DNA of 64,000 nucleotides. Origin: Promethearchaeota archaeon (GTDB lineage: Archaea > Asgardarchaeota > Lokiarchaeia > Sigyniarchaeales > SOKP01). The translations under genes were made by a program, and so were the position numbers. Where the stretch lies: positions 1 through 64,000 of the forward strand of contig JALGVJ010000007.1 in the NCBI GenBank assembly GCA_029838195.1, given 5' to 3'. Below, one piece after another: positions 40,130 through 51,032 of the stretch (within the stretch, counting starts at the first letter, position 1; each line of letters begins with the position of its first letter). The notes beneath the pieces were generated by a model. The model was given only the letters and a program-made list of their open reading frames with translations. It ran no database searches and was not told the DNA's origin.

Positions 40130-40735
40130 ATGAAAAAGGCGGCTGTATTAAAAAATTTGGAAGAAATTATTAATTTCATTAATATTAGCAATGAAACGAT
40201 GACTCTTGTCGAGTGGAAGTCTCCTCGCTCTTTCAAGAGTTTCATTTTAGATTTAAACATAATAAAAGAACATGCGACGGAGAATATATTCTTCCATTTA
40301 AACAAGGGAAACTTGAAAATCGTTCATATTAGAAAAGAAGATTTAATATATACCATAGGAGCGGAAAGTCATGTTCAATATCAGATTTTAGAAGCGATTT
40401 TAGAACACGTGTATCAGAGTTTTAATGAAACTTATGATATTAAAACCATTTTCTCTTCCTACTTAGATGTAAATCCAATCATTTTTAAGAATTTTAAAAA
40501 TGAGTTAGATAATATAATGAATAATTTTGATGAGTTAAATTTAATTCAAAAGGCAGATGTCTACTGTCCTGCATGCAAAAAGATGATGCCTGTTTATATA
40601 AAGAAAAGTATAATTAAAAACGCGGAGTTCTTTCCCATTCCCATCGTATACTCTCATCAAGGTCATGCTATTTTAATTTATGTGGACCAAAATTTGGATA
40701 TTAGAGGCGTGGAGTTAGTATCTATTACGGGTTAA
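40130..40735 (+). CDS. Longin-like domain plus a Zn-binding C-terminal domain
   Basis: Longin-like pattern (KIVHIRKEDLIYTIGA...LEAILEHV...F); CPAC...H..H. Confidence 0.6.
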   Translation: MKKAAVLKNLEEIINFINISNETMTLVEWKSPRSFKSFILDLNIIKEHATENIFFHLNKGNLKIVHIRKEDLIYTIGAESHVQYQILEAILEHVYQSFNETYDIKTIFSSYLDVNPIIFKNFKNELDNIMNNFDELNLIQKADVYCPACKKMMPVYIKKSIIKNAEFFPIPIVYSHQGHAILIYVDQNLDIRGVELVSITG

Positions 40736-40821
40736 ACTAAAATTTAATTTAAAAGTCATGAAAATCTTTTAATAAATAAATGAATTTAAACCGAAATTTT
40801 CCCTATGAAAGGAAAAACATA

Positions 40822-40965
40822 ATGGCAGATAAAGAAAATATCTTGATATGCAAGTATTGTGGCAGAGAAATTGAGGAGGAGGAAGCTATTTACGTTGAGG
40901 GAGAACCATACTGCTCAGATTGTTATTCAGAAGCAGAATTTTATTCAGATATCCCCGACGATTAA
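40822..40965 (+). CDS. 47-aa zinc-finger protein
   Basis: CKYC-x17-CSDC; AGGA SD before ATG 40822. Confidence 0.7.
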   Translation: MADKENILICKYCGREIEEEEAIYVEGEPYCSDCYSEAEFYSDIPDD

Positions 40966-41115
40966 ATATTTCAGATTTTTTCCCATAAAAAACGTACATC
41001 TCTCATTTTTTATTTAGTTTAAATAATCAAAAACCCTAAATAAATAGAATTTTATATAATTAGTTTTTTTTTATATCAATAATTAAGGTTCACGTTTAGA
41101 TAAAAAGCACGTGAT

Positions 41116-42144
41116 TTGAAATTTACCATGAAAGATGAGCCCAATTCTGAAAAGCAATATTATTATGAAGGAATTGTAAAGAAAACTAAAATGGGTTCAA
41201 TTACAATTCCTAAAGAGATTAGAGAGGATCTTTTTGAAAAAGAAGCGGAAGTCTATTTCAAATTATTAATTCCATTGGATAAAAAAAAGTTAATTTTACA
41301 GGTGCTTTCAAAAGAAGAGGCTGACGAATTCTTACAAAAAAGCAAAAAATTGAAGCCAGAAAAAATCCTTGGCGTGTCTAAAAAGGGAAAAAAAGCGATT
41401 TCTCCCTCAATGAAGGCTAAACTTGAACCGGCGTGGTCTACTTATTTTACCTATGATTTTGAAAACCAAGCAAAAGTGAAGGCGATATTAGAATCAGCAT
41501 TTTATAAATTCGCAGAAAATCCCCCCAATTTAGAGGATGCAATGGGTAGAATAAAATATGTACTAGTATCGTATCTCACGTCTATAAAAACCGAAAATGC
41601 GAAATTATATTTTGCGGTAGAAAAATTTTTACTTGATGTTGTTGAGAAATTTAATCTTCCGAACCTCTTGGATTGGATTTTTGAAAAAATGATTCCCAAT
41701 ATTGAAAGTAAATTTCTTTATGAATTAGGATTGCTCGAATTAATTGAATGTTCCATTAAATTTGAACGATGGGAAAAGGTGGAATTATATATTTTTTACG
41801 TGTTGAAAAATATAGATAGTTATTCTGCTTCTGAAAGCTATAATATCATGAATTCCTTTAAGCAGTTAGTAAAAAAGTTAAAATGGGTTAAAAGGACAGA
41901 GAAAATTGATGTTTTGTTAAAAGAAAAATTGTTGGAATATGGTCAAAAAGTATTTGATGATATTGATTATAAAATTCAAATTGTTGAATTTTTGGAAGAT
42001 TTAAATTACATTGAGTTAGCATACAAATTAGCGAAAGAAATTCAATTATCTCTTCCACAAGATAGTCCTAGAGTAGAATTAGTAAGAAAATTGGTGAAAA
42101 GACTTCATATTACACCCATTACCGAGAAAAAGCAAACATTTTAG
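41116..42144 (+). CDS. AbrB/SpoVT-like N-terminal domain fused to an alpha-solenoid
   Basis: GSITIPKEIREDL motif; the rest is helical. Confidence 0.65.
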   Translation: MKFTMKDEPNSEKQYYYEGIVKKTKMGSITIPKEIREDLFEKEAEVYFKLLIPLDKKKLILQVLSKEEADEFLQKSKKLKPEKILGVSKKGKKAISPSMKAKLEPAWSTYFTYDFENQAKVKAILESAFYKFAENPPNLEDAMGRIKYVLVSYLTSIKTENAKLYFAVEKFLLDVVEKFNLPNLLDWIFEKMIPNIESKFLYELGLLELIECSIKFERWEKVELYIFYVLKNIDSYSASESYNIMNSFKQLVKKLKWVKRTEKIDVLLKEKLLEYGQKVFDDIDYKIQIVEFLEDLNYIELAYKLAKEIQLSLPQDSPRVELVRKLVKRLHITPITEKKQTF

Positions 42145-42239
42145 TGAAATAATTGGGCATTGCATTTAATTTCAAGGACCTTTCAAAAATGAGAGAGTTT
42201 ATACGTGGAAATCTCAAGAGGATTTAAATTTTCTAAATA

Positions 42240-43424
42240 TCATGGATTTTCTTCTTTTAATTTTTCTTCAATCCGCCTTTTCTCTTGTTCCAGTATTTTC
42301 CTTTCCTTATCTTGGAGTTCTTTTTTTTTTAATTCCAACTCTACTTGAGCAAGCATTCTTTCTTTCTCAAGCAATTCTTCTTTATGTCTTAATGCTTTTT
42401 CTTTCTCGTTTAATTCTTTTTCCTCTAATGCTTTTTCCCTTGCTTTGAGTTCAATTTTTTTCTTTTTTAATTCAAGTTCTTTTTTTTTCAATTCTAATTC
42501 TTTTTCTCTTATTTCTTGTTCTCGTCGACTTAATTCTTCAGAATCTAACTCAAGAACTTGATTTTCTTTAATCTCACTTTCTTTTTTATCAGGGCTGACG
42601 ATATCTTTTTTAGCCGCTACTGTATCTTCAGATTTTATTAGAGGTTCTTTGGTTCCTTCCTCTACTTTAATAATTTTTTCCTCTTCATCCTTTTCTTTAA
42701 TAGCGTGAGGGACTTCCTCTTTCCTTCCTACTTTTTCTTCGATTAATTGCTCTTTTTTTGTTTTAGGTTCTTCTTCTAAAATTTTATCAATTTTTTCCAC
42801 GGATACAATTGATTTTAGAATATTATCAATTTTTTCTTTTAAGGCTTCGTTATCGGGATTTTTTTTAAGAAAATTTGTCAATATTTTGGTAATGAGCGAC
42901 GGCGATTTATTTCCTATGATTTTTAATAATTGGATTGTCTTATTAACTACAAAATCTTTTTCATCATTCAATTTCTCAACTATATTCATTAAAAGCTTTT
43001 CATCTTCGATTCTAGTATTTCCACCTTCAATAAAAATTAATAGTTGTAGTAAAGCTTCTCTTACATTGGGATCTTCGGAATTCAATAATTCTTCTGCATA
43101 AGGAAAAAATAAATTTGCCTCATTCTCACACATGGATTTCAATAATAATAAAAAGGAATACCGTAGGAGTGAATCTTTTTTCGATAAGTGATTCAATAAA
43201 TATGGAATGTCTATGATTAAATGTTCTATGAGAAATCGTAAGACCGTCCGTCCTGCGAATTCCTTTAATATGGTTTCAATAACATTTTCCATGCGTTCAA
43301 TATAATCCTCTTCAGTAGCCTGATTGAGATACGCTCCTATTTCTTTTACAGCATCATCGATTCTTCCTTCCTTTACAATTTCTTGAATATTTTTCATTTC
43401 TTTTGCATCTTTATTACTGATCAT
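42240..43424 (-). CDS. HEAT/ARM-repeat protein with a long C-terminal coiled coil
   Basis: LLNSEDPNVREA and KLNDEKDFVV repeats; E/K-rich heptads. Confidence 0.8.
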   Translation of the reverse strand: MISNKDAKEMKNIQEIVKEGRIDDAVKEIGAYLNQATEEDYIERMENVIETILKEFAGRTVLRFLIEHLIIDIPYLLNHLSKKDSLLRYSFLLLLKSMCENEANLFFPYAEELLNSEDPNVREALLQLLIFIEGGNTRIEDEKLLMNIVEKLNDEKDFVVNKTIQLLKIIGNKSPSLITKILTNFLKKNPDNEALKEKIDNILKSIVSVEKIDKILEEEPKTKKEQLIEEKVGRKEEVPHAIKEKDEEEKIIKVEEGTKEPLIKSEDTVAAKKDIVSPDKKESEIKENQVLELDSEELSRREQEIREKELELKKKELELKKKKIELKAREKALEEKELNEKEKALRHKEELLEKERMLAQVELELKKKELQDKERKILEQEKRRIEEKLKEENP

Positions 43425-43461
43425 GAATTAAATCTCCCCTTTCTCATAAATTTTAAAAATT

Positions 43462-44485
43462 TTATTTTTTTTCCACTAAATAATCTTCTAAATTTACAAC
43501 ATAATAATCTTGGTAAATTCTGTTCACAAAATCAAATATTGTACGTAAATCTCTAAATTTAATGGGTACCCTCCTTTTATTATTATCATAACTAGGAGAT
43601 GTGGGTATGATATTTAATTTTATCTGTAAATTATTATTTTGATCATGAATTAAATTAATCTCTTCACAAATAAAAGATAATTTCTCGATATCATTCGCAA
43701 ACTCTCCCAAAAAATACTGATCATATTTCGAATTTTCTTCAAACAAACCATTATTCGACACCTTTACTAATATCTCACGAGGTATTTTCGTAATTAATTC
43801 CACGCGCTCATCAGGAATTAATCGTAATAAAACATCGGGATAATGAACAGAACAATAAAAATATATAAGCCCATGAAGTAATTCTAAGGAATAGATGACT
43901 TCTCGATTGGCATTGCATAATGCATAATTTTTATTCAAGAATAAAACATGAATACGATCTTCAAAAAAGAAAATTAAATAATTTTTTTCTTCTGTTAGGT
44001 AGTATTTAAAATTCTCTTTCTCAACATGAATTCTATGGTCAAATATTTCAAAAGCATAGTCCCATTGTTTAAAAGCAATAAATTTATTTAATTTTCTATA
44101 ATCTCCGTGAAAGAATACGTCAAAAAAATCAACTATGTATAAATACGTGTCATGAGGGAAATATATAACGGTTTTACCTCTAAATTGCCTTTCAATAATG
44201 CCCTTCTGGATCTTATAACAAAATTTTGGGATATCCTCTATTTTTAAACCACTCTTGATGCGCAAATTGAGTAAAAAGCGTCTTGTACAAGAGGGTGTAA
44301 GAGTGCAAGCAATTTTAGACATGGAGTTAATAATCACATGAAGCATGTGCCATTCTATCTATTTGGCACTCTTCGAAACACAACTTGTCAATTCGCTTTA
44401 TCAATAATTCCAACAGCTCAGAATTATACTTCTCATTATAAGAAGTTTCTAAAAAATTTAACAAGTGGTTTGGTTCCAGCGGCAT
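43462..44485 (-). CDS. Cys-motif hypothetical protein interrupted by a 40/52-nt structured insertion (ORFs 44327-44485 and 43462-44346)
   Basis: MPLEPNH...CFEECQIDR joins IACTLTPSCTRR in frame if 44314-44353 is removed; TATA about 28 bp upstream of 44485. Confidence 0.65.
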
Positions 44486-44810
44486 GATAGAGGATTTTAA
44501 ATGTAATTAAGATTATAATTTATAATCTATTTCATGATAATTTATTGAATAATAATTAATCTATTTTATGATAGGAAATCCTTTATCAAAAAATTTTAAT
44601 AACATCGCCCCATTCCGTTTTCTTGCTTATTTCAATCCTATATTGTTCCAATTAACGGGGACTCTAATTAAATGCATTATAAAACAAGTTAAATTATTTC
44701 AAATCTCCGATCTCCAACATTTTGAATTCAAATACTTATATTTTTTTACTTTTTTAACTTTTATTAAGTAAAAAGAGTCAAATTCGAAAAAAGCATAAAT
44801 TAAAGGGGTC

Positions 44811-46292
44811 ATGCTGAGACAAGTTCACGTGTTTCATGAAGGGAAGCATCTATTTACCCATAGTCTTGCTTTAGGTTTTGGAAAAGAAGAATTGGATAAA
44901 GTAAAAGAAGTAATTGACGAATATATCTCTTACCCAATTCCAGGGAAAACACATCATCGACCTCTTTCTAACTACCAGATTTTTCACCAAGGAAAAGGAA
45001 ATATATATTTTTTATTTGTTGCGGATTTAATTGACTCTATTAATTACATGGAAAAATTAGTTAATAGAACTTTAGAAAAGTTTTCGGAACTCTTTTCGGA
45101 TCCCTTAGAAATTCAACAACAATTAGAAAAAAGGGAAAAATTTATCGCCTTCCTTAATGATCTACAGAAAGAAATGCATTCTAAAATTGCTATAGCAGGA
45201 CCGATTAAATCCGGCAAAACCACTCTCTATAATCTTCTGAAGAGTGGAGAAGAAAGAACACTCATGAATTTTGCAAAGATATCTAATTTTGTAATTAGTA
45301 ATTTAACCTTTGATTTTTGGGATTTTCAACTGCAAGATAATTTTTCATTGCTATGGTCAAAATTTTTAAGCGGCTCAGACCTTATCATTTTATTAATTGA
45401 TGTATCTAATTATAATCTCAAAATTATCAATCATTTTTTGAGTTTTCAAAAAAAAGAAGCTCGATTTTCAAAATTCCTTTTCCTTGCCAACAAGATTGAT
45501 TTAATCAAGAACGTAGAAATCGAATTAGAAAAAATTAAAAAAGATTTAAAAATAAAGGAGTTGATATCCATATCTCTTTCTGAAAACGGCGCAATAAAAA
45601 AAGTCACGACCGCTATCCGAAATACTTTAGGATTAAAAGAAGTGCTTCCGGAGAATTTCGAAACTCTCATGAAAGAAGCTGAGCAATTAGAAAAGGAGCA
45701 TAAATTTGTCTCTGCCATAGCTAAATATAAAAATCTCATCCAAATTTGTAATAGAGTACAAGATTTCTCATATATTAATAACTTTAGGCAAAAAGTAGAA
45801 GAATTAACTGAAAAATTACGGCAAACCGTCGAAAAGAAAAAAGAACAAGAAAAAAAAATTAAATTTGAAGTCCCCGAGCAAATACAATTTAAATATAGAG
45901 TTAAAACAAAATCTCTGCCTCAATCTACTCCTAAAGCGGCAACGACGCTTCAAGAAAAAACGCAACAATCCCCACCGCCATCTAAATTTAAATCCAAATT
46001 AAAACCTTCAGATTTCATTATCGATCTCGAGCCTTTAAGAAAAGACGAAATGATTAAAAAGAAGATAATAGAAACTTCTCATAAAAAAATTGTCCCTGTA
46101 AAGCCGGAGGACTTAAAAAGTGAGGAAGATTATCCAAAAGCACTGCAAAGAATGATATCAAATAGAGGCAGTTATTTAAGTTTAAATTTAACTAAACAAT
46201 ATTTAGAGGAAGTTAAAGAAATCCTCGGCAGGCCCCTGACATTTGAGGACTTGCTAAATTTAGCAGATCAATTCGTTCAGAAGGATCAATAA
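44811..46292 (+). CDS. Longin-like domain + small GTPase (Arf/Rab-like) + helical bundle and tail
   Basis: G1 GPIKSGKT, degenerate G3 WDFQLQ, G4 NKID; N-terminal longin pattern. Confidence 0.8.
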   Translation: MLRQVHVFHEGKHLFTHSLALGFGKEELDKVKEVIDEYISYPIPGKTHHRPLSNYQIFHQGKGNIYFLFVADLIDSINYMEKLVNRTLEKFSELFSDPLEIQQQLEKREKFIAFLNDLQKEMHSKIAIAGPIKSGKTTLYNLLKSGEERTLMNFAKISNFVISNLTFDFWDFQLQDNFSLLWSKFLSGSDLIILLIDVSNYNLKIINHFLSFQKKEARFSKFLFLANKIDLIKNVEIELEKIKKDLKIKELISISLSENGAIKKVTTAIRNTLGLKEVLPENFETLMKEAEQLEKEHKFVSAIAKYKNLIQICNRVQDFSYINNFRQKVEELTEKLRQTVEKKKEQEKKIKFEVPEQIQFKYRVKTKSLPQSTPKAATTLQEKTQQSPPPSKFKSKLKPSDFIIDLEPLRKDEMIKKKIIETSHKKIVPVKPEDLKSEEDYPKALQRMISNRGSYLSLNLTKQYLEEVKEILGRPLTFEDLLNLADQFVQKDQ

Positions 46293-46400
46293 AAAAAATG
46301 TATTGTTAATCCTAAAAAACATTAATTTTCTACCCCCAATAAACATTCTCATTGTATCTACGTATTAAACAGGAAAATTTTTTCTTGTAGGTAACCAAAC

Positions 46401-47240
46401 ATGTCAGCGGCACTTGAGATAAGAAAAATTGCAATAATTTATTTTTCTCCCACAGGCAATACTGGAATAATCGCAGAGGAAATTTACCGGCAATTGATGT
46501 CCGCTAATGTTAGGGTGGATTTAATTGATATAACTATTCCTAAAAATCGAGAAAATCTTTCCAATTTATTTAATCATGATTTTATTATTTTTGGGTTTCC
46601 CATCTATTATAGACGAGCCCCTCAATTAATTAGAACATGGATAAGGACTTTGAAAAAAAAAGAAAGAAAATGTGCTGTTTACTTTACCTATGGTGGCGTG
46701 ACAACTGGTGTTGCACTTCAAGACATGGCGTGCCTCTTAATGGACCGTGGATTTGGTTTATTAGCCGCGGCTGAATTTTTAGGTCAACATACTTTCAACC
46801 TCGCGGGATGGAATTTAATGAAAGATCGACCGAATGAAGAAGATAAAAACTTGGCAAGAACATTTGCTCGTGAAATTTTGAATAAACTTGTCGACAAGAA
46901 TACTAAACCGATATGTTTTGAACCCCTTTCGGAGCAGGAGAATAAAAAATTTGATAAGAAATCTCGATCCACAAGAAGAATAATACCAATACCCTATATC
47001 ATTCCAAAAGAATGCGTGAATTGTGGAAATTGTGAAACACATTGCCCAACGGGAGCAATTAATATCGAAAAATTCGAGATTAACAGGAAAAGTTGTATTA
47101 GATGCCTTAAATGCATGACCCTTTGCCCAGAAAATGCTATTAAAATAAAGAACATGAGTAAATTATTGGAATTCCTTAAAACACGACATGACTTATCAGA
47201 AATAACTTTAGGTAAAAAAAAAAGCAAGCTCTATTTGTAA
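46401..47240 (+). CDS. EFR1-type flavodoxin-ferredoxin fusion
   Basis: YFSPTGNT, GFPIY, FTYGG, two CxxCxxCxxxCP motifs. Confidence 0.9.
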   Translation: MSAALEIRKIAIIYFSPTGNTGIIAEEIYRQLMSANVRVDLIDITIPKNRENLSNLFNHDFIIFGFPIYYRRAPQLIRTWIRTLKKKERKCAVYFTYGGVTTGVALQDMACLLMDRGFGLLAAAEFLGQHTFNLAGWNLMKDRPNEEDKNLARTFAREILNKLVDKNTKPICFEPLSEQENKKFDKKSRSTRRIIPIPYIIPKECVNCGNCETHCPTGAINIEKFEINRKSCIRCLKCMTLCPENAIKIKNMSKLLEFLKTRHDLSEITLGKKKSKLYL

Positions 47241-47712
47241 AAATTCCAATCATGGTTATAAATTATAAGCAGTATTTCTATTCCCGTATTTAATTAATAG
47301 AAAAATTTTCCTTTTTCCTAATATAAGGTGAGCTAACTGATTTATAGATACTAAAGTTATTATTAATATCAATTTATTTTTTTTAAAAAAATGGTTCCAC
47401 TGAGTAAACGCTAAAATGAGTTATTTTCATGAATTTATAACTCATGAAGATAATTTTTAACAAGATCTCATGATAAATTAAATTAAAGAATTTAACGTAG
47501 GGATTTCAGATAGAAAATTAAGTGAGAAACCGACCCATGATATGAACTGCTGGTAATTTTGTTTCTTTATTCCTAAAAATTAGTAAGTTTAAGTGCCTTA
47601 AATCATGATATGATTTATAGGAATTAACTTGAAATTAATAAAACAACATCTAAATCAGAAGGATCGCTTATATAACCATCTTGAATTGAACATATTCATG
47701 AGTAGATGAAAA

Positions 47713-49206
47713 ATGAGTAAAATCCCTGAGTTAAGAGAACATTTCAGTAAAATAATGACTTTAAAATATATCTATAACGTGCTTGATTACGACCAGCAGG
47801 TATTCATGCCGAAAGGCTCCGTTAAAGGAAGAGCCGAACAAATTGCCCTCATTCAAGAACTCATCCATGAGATGATAATCGCACCCAAAACTACATCTCT
47901 TATTGAACGAGCTGAAAAAATTCCCAATTTAGAGCTCATCGATGCTGCAGTTCTAAGAGAAGCAAAAAGGGAGCATGAACAAGCTATTCGATTACCCGGT
48001 AAATTGGTAAAAGAAATTGCAAAAACCTCTTCTTTAGGCCATCAAGCATGGGAAACCGCCCGAGAAAAAAATGATTTTAAGATTTTTAAACCCTTATTAG
48101 AAAGAATGATTGAATTACAAATAGAAAAAGCAGAAAAACTTGAAACCCATCCCTCCTTATATTCCACCTTGATTGACCTCTACGAACCCGGGGCCACCCA
48201 TGAATGGCTAGAAAATATTTTTAAAAAGCTTAAAAAGCACTTGATTAGAATTTTAACTGCATTAGAAAATGCACCTGATAAACCCGATGATTCCATTCTA
48301 AAAAAACACTACGATAAGGAAAAGCAATGGAAATTTAGTTTAGAAATCTTGAAAAAATTGAATTTCAATTTTAACCACGGACGTCAAGATCTATCCGCTC
48401 ATCCCTTCACATCTTCTTTATCTTCCGTTGATGTCCGAATAACTACGCGGATTTGGGAAAACTTTCTCCCCGCTTGCCTCTTCGGAGCCATTCATGAATG
48501 CGGTCATGCCCTTTATGAAATGAACTTAATGGAAGAAATTCACTCCACGAATTTGGCCATGGGCACCTCAATGGGCATGCATGAAGCCATGTCTCGATTA
48601 CATGAAAATATTCTCGGAAGAAGTAAAGAATTTTGGACTTATTGGTACCCCAAATTACAATCTTATTTCCCAGAACATCTCAAAAATTTTCCAGAATCTG
48701 AATTTTATCGTGCAATTAACGTGGTAAAACCTTCCTTGATTAGAGTAGAAGCAGACGAGGTTACCTATGGCCTTCATATCATTTTACGATTTGAATTGGA
48801 GAAAATGTTAATTGAAAATAATCTCTCGGTGGATGAAATACCCGAAACATGGAATGATAAATCGGAAGAATTATTAGGAATAAAACCGCCAAATGATTCT
48901 CTGGGCGTTCTCCAAGACGTGCATTGGTCTGCGGGCTTCTTCGGATACTTCCCAACGTATAGTTTAGGAAATCTCTATGCCTCTCAAATTCATGCCACCC
49001 TCCTCAAAAACCATCCTGATTTACCCGAAAAGATTAAAAATGGAGATTATTCTATATTGTTTACCTTTCTTAAAGAAAATGTATTTCAATACGGCAAGAT
49101 CTTTCACCCTAGAGAATTATTAATAAGAATAACCGGAGAAGATTTAAACCCAAGCCATTTCGTTCACTATTTAGAAAAAAAATTTTACCCTATTCATAGC
49201 ATTTGA
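47713..49206 (+). CDS. Carboxypeptidase M32 (Taq-like)
   Basis: HPF, DVRITTR, HECGH, IRVEADE, GVLQDVHW, GYFPTY. Confidence 0.95.
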   Translation: MSKIPELREHFSKIMTLKYIYNVLDYDQQVFMPKGSVKGRAEQIALIQELIHEMIIAPKTTSLIERAEKIPNLELIDAAVLREAKREHEQAIRLPGKLVKEIAKTSSLGHQAWETAREKNDFKIFKPLLERMIELQIEKAEKLETHPSLYSTLIDLYEPGATHEWLENIFKKLKKHLIRILTALENAPDKPDDSILKKHYDKEKQWKFSLEILKKLNFNFNHGRQDLSAHPFTSSLSSVDVRITTRIWENFLPACLFGAIHECGHALYEMNLMEEIHSTNLAMGTSMGMHEAMSRLHENILGRSKEFWTYWYPKLQSYFPEHLKNFPESEFYRAINVVKPSLIRVEADEVTYGLHIILRFELEKMLIENNLSVDEIPETWNDKSEELLGIKPPNDSLGVLQDVHWSAGFFGYFPTYSLGNLYASQIHATLLKNHPDLPEKIKNGDYSILFTFLKENVFQYGKIFHPRELLIRITGEDLNPSHFVHYLEKKFYPIHSI

Positions 49207-49338
49207 TGCTATCATCCTTTCCTTGCGAATTTATCTATTTAGCAAAATCTTTACTTTTTATATTCGCAAATCACAAGAGCTTTTTAAAATCCCTCCTTGA
49301 AATAAATATTTATATATTGTAAGAAATAATGGAAAATT

Positions 49339-50778
49339 ATGGAAGAAAAAATAAATCTCCCCGAAGAAATCGTACCTCGAAAATCAAAATTAGCATTCGC
49401 TTTCGGAGGACTCGCAAATGACATTTTAAACGGATTTGTATTCTCAAATATCACGTTTTATTATAATACTAAGCTTGGACTTGATGCTACTCTCCTTGGA
49501 ATTGCGTGGTTGATTTTTGCTATATGGAACACGCTAAATGACCCACTTATCTCTTATATAATTGATAATACCCGGACAAAATTAGGCCGGCGAATTCCAT
49601 ACATCCGTTATGGAAGTTTTCTCTATGGTGCGGCCTTTATTTTTTGTTGGTTTCCCATTGCGCCCATTGGAAATGATATCGGTCTTTTCTTTAATTTTTT
49701 AGCCGCACTTTTCATCTTAGATACAATGTTCACATTCGTGGGATGTTGCTTTTTTTCGCTACCAAATGAAATAGCAATTACTGCCAAGCAAAGGGGTAGT
49801 ATCGTGGTATATCGAACAATTATTGGATTCATTAATACAATCTTAGGAGTCGTTTTACCCATCATGCTTTTAACAGGACAAGAAGGCATTCCTGATATCT
49901 TTTATATTAGCACTATCATTATTGGAGTTGGATCAGCATTATTACTATATTTCACTTCATTTTTTTATAAAGAGAACATTTTTGCTCAATTACAGCCACA
50001 TGAACCCTTTATTGAAGGGTTGAGATTAACTCTTAAAAACAAACCTTTTTGGATTTATGCCATTCCCGCCTTCTTGATTACTCTTGTATATCCTGTTTTC
50101 TCTACAGGCTTGTTATATTACGTGGATTACGTTGTTATCGGGCAGGACATCATGATTTTCCTCATTATATTTCTCTTGTCTATTATAGGAGGTTCACTAT
50201 TTTTTCCCCGAAAAATCGAGGCATGGGGGGGTAAAAGATTAATGATGTACAGTTTATTGATGATATCCGTGGGTTTTGGGATTCTTTTTTTCATTGGACG
50301 TAATGCGATGCTGGCTATTATTCCTTTTGTCGTAATTGGGTTTTTCTTTGCCGGAGCGTCTATAGCTAATGGCATTCTTATAGGAGATGTAATCGACAAC
50401 GATGAACTTATTACTGGTAAGCGGAGAGAAGCTATATACGGGGGTGTTAACGCAATTATTACAAAGCCGGCTATCTCTCTCGCCAATTGGATGTTTTTAT
50501 CAACGCTAACCCTTTTTAATTTTCAAGAACCAATGATCGTAAATGGAATAGCCGTGAAACAACCGCAAACAGATCTGGGTATTACAGGAATCTTAGTTGC
50601 TTTTTGCCTTTTACCGGCTTTTTTTATTAGTCTAGGTGCCTTGGCTGTTCATTGGTTTCCGTTGGAAGGATCTGAATGGCTAAAGAAAAAAGCTTATCTC
50701 ATGAAATTACACGAACAAAAAGAACGGGAATATTTAGAGCAAATAACAAAACAGAAGCCTTTCATGAACAAAGGGTGA
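49339..50778 (+). CDS. MFS transporter, GPH family
   Basis: WNTLNDPL...GRRIPY; DELITGKRREAIYGG. Confidence 0.9.
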   Translation: MEEKINLPEEIVPRKSKLAFAFGGLANDILNGFVFSNITFYYNTKLGLDATLLGIAWLIFAIWNTLNDPLISYIIDNTRTKLGRRIPYIRYGSFLYGAAFIFCWFPIAPIGNDIGLFFNFLAALFILDTMFTFVGCCFFSLPNEIAITAKQRGSIVVYRTIIGFINTILGVVLPIMLLTGQEGIPDIFYISTIIIGVGSALLLYFTSFFYKENIFAQLQPHEPFIEGLRLTLKNKPFWIYAIPAFLITLVYPVFSTGLLYYVDYVVIGQDIMIFLIIFLLSIIGGSLFFPRKIEAWGGKRLMMYSLLMISVGFGILFFIGRNAMLAIIPFVVIGFFFAGASIANGILIGDVIDNDELITGKRREAIYGGVNAIITKPAISLANWMFLSTLTLFNFQEPMIVNGIAVKQPQTDLGITGILVAFCLLPAFFISLGALAVHWFPLEGSEWLKKKAYLMKLHEQKEREYLEQITKQKPFMNKG

Positions 50779-51032
50779 TGAAAAGATTCATAATTCTTCA
50801 TTTATTAATGAAATTATCCTAAAAAAGAAAGTTTTATTTTTTTTTTAAAAAGCATTCTAATTAATTTCAGTTAATCAAGTCATTTGGCCTATTAAAATAA
50901 ATCATGTTTAAATACTTTTAATAAAATTATTGTCATATTAACTTTGAATCATAAAATTGGAAAATTTTTTTTTTCAATTATTTAAAAAGAATATTATTTT
51001 TCATGAAAAAAAAAATGAATGAACTAGGACTC

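Noticed and set aside
47421-47453. TTCATGAA-type palindromes here and near 21800, 23335, 27580 and 51000
   Set aside because: CATG-centred palindromes are common throughout this AT-rich sequence; no specific pattern could be supported
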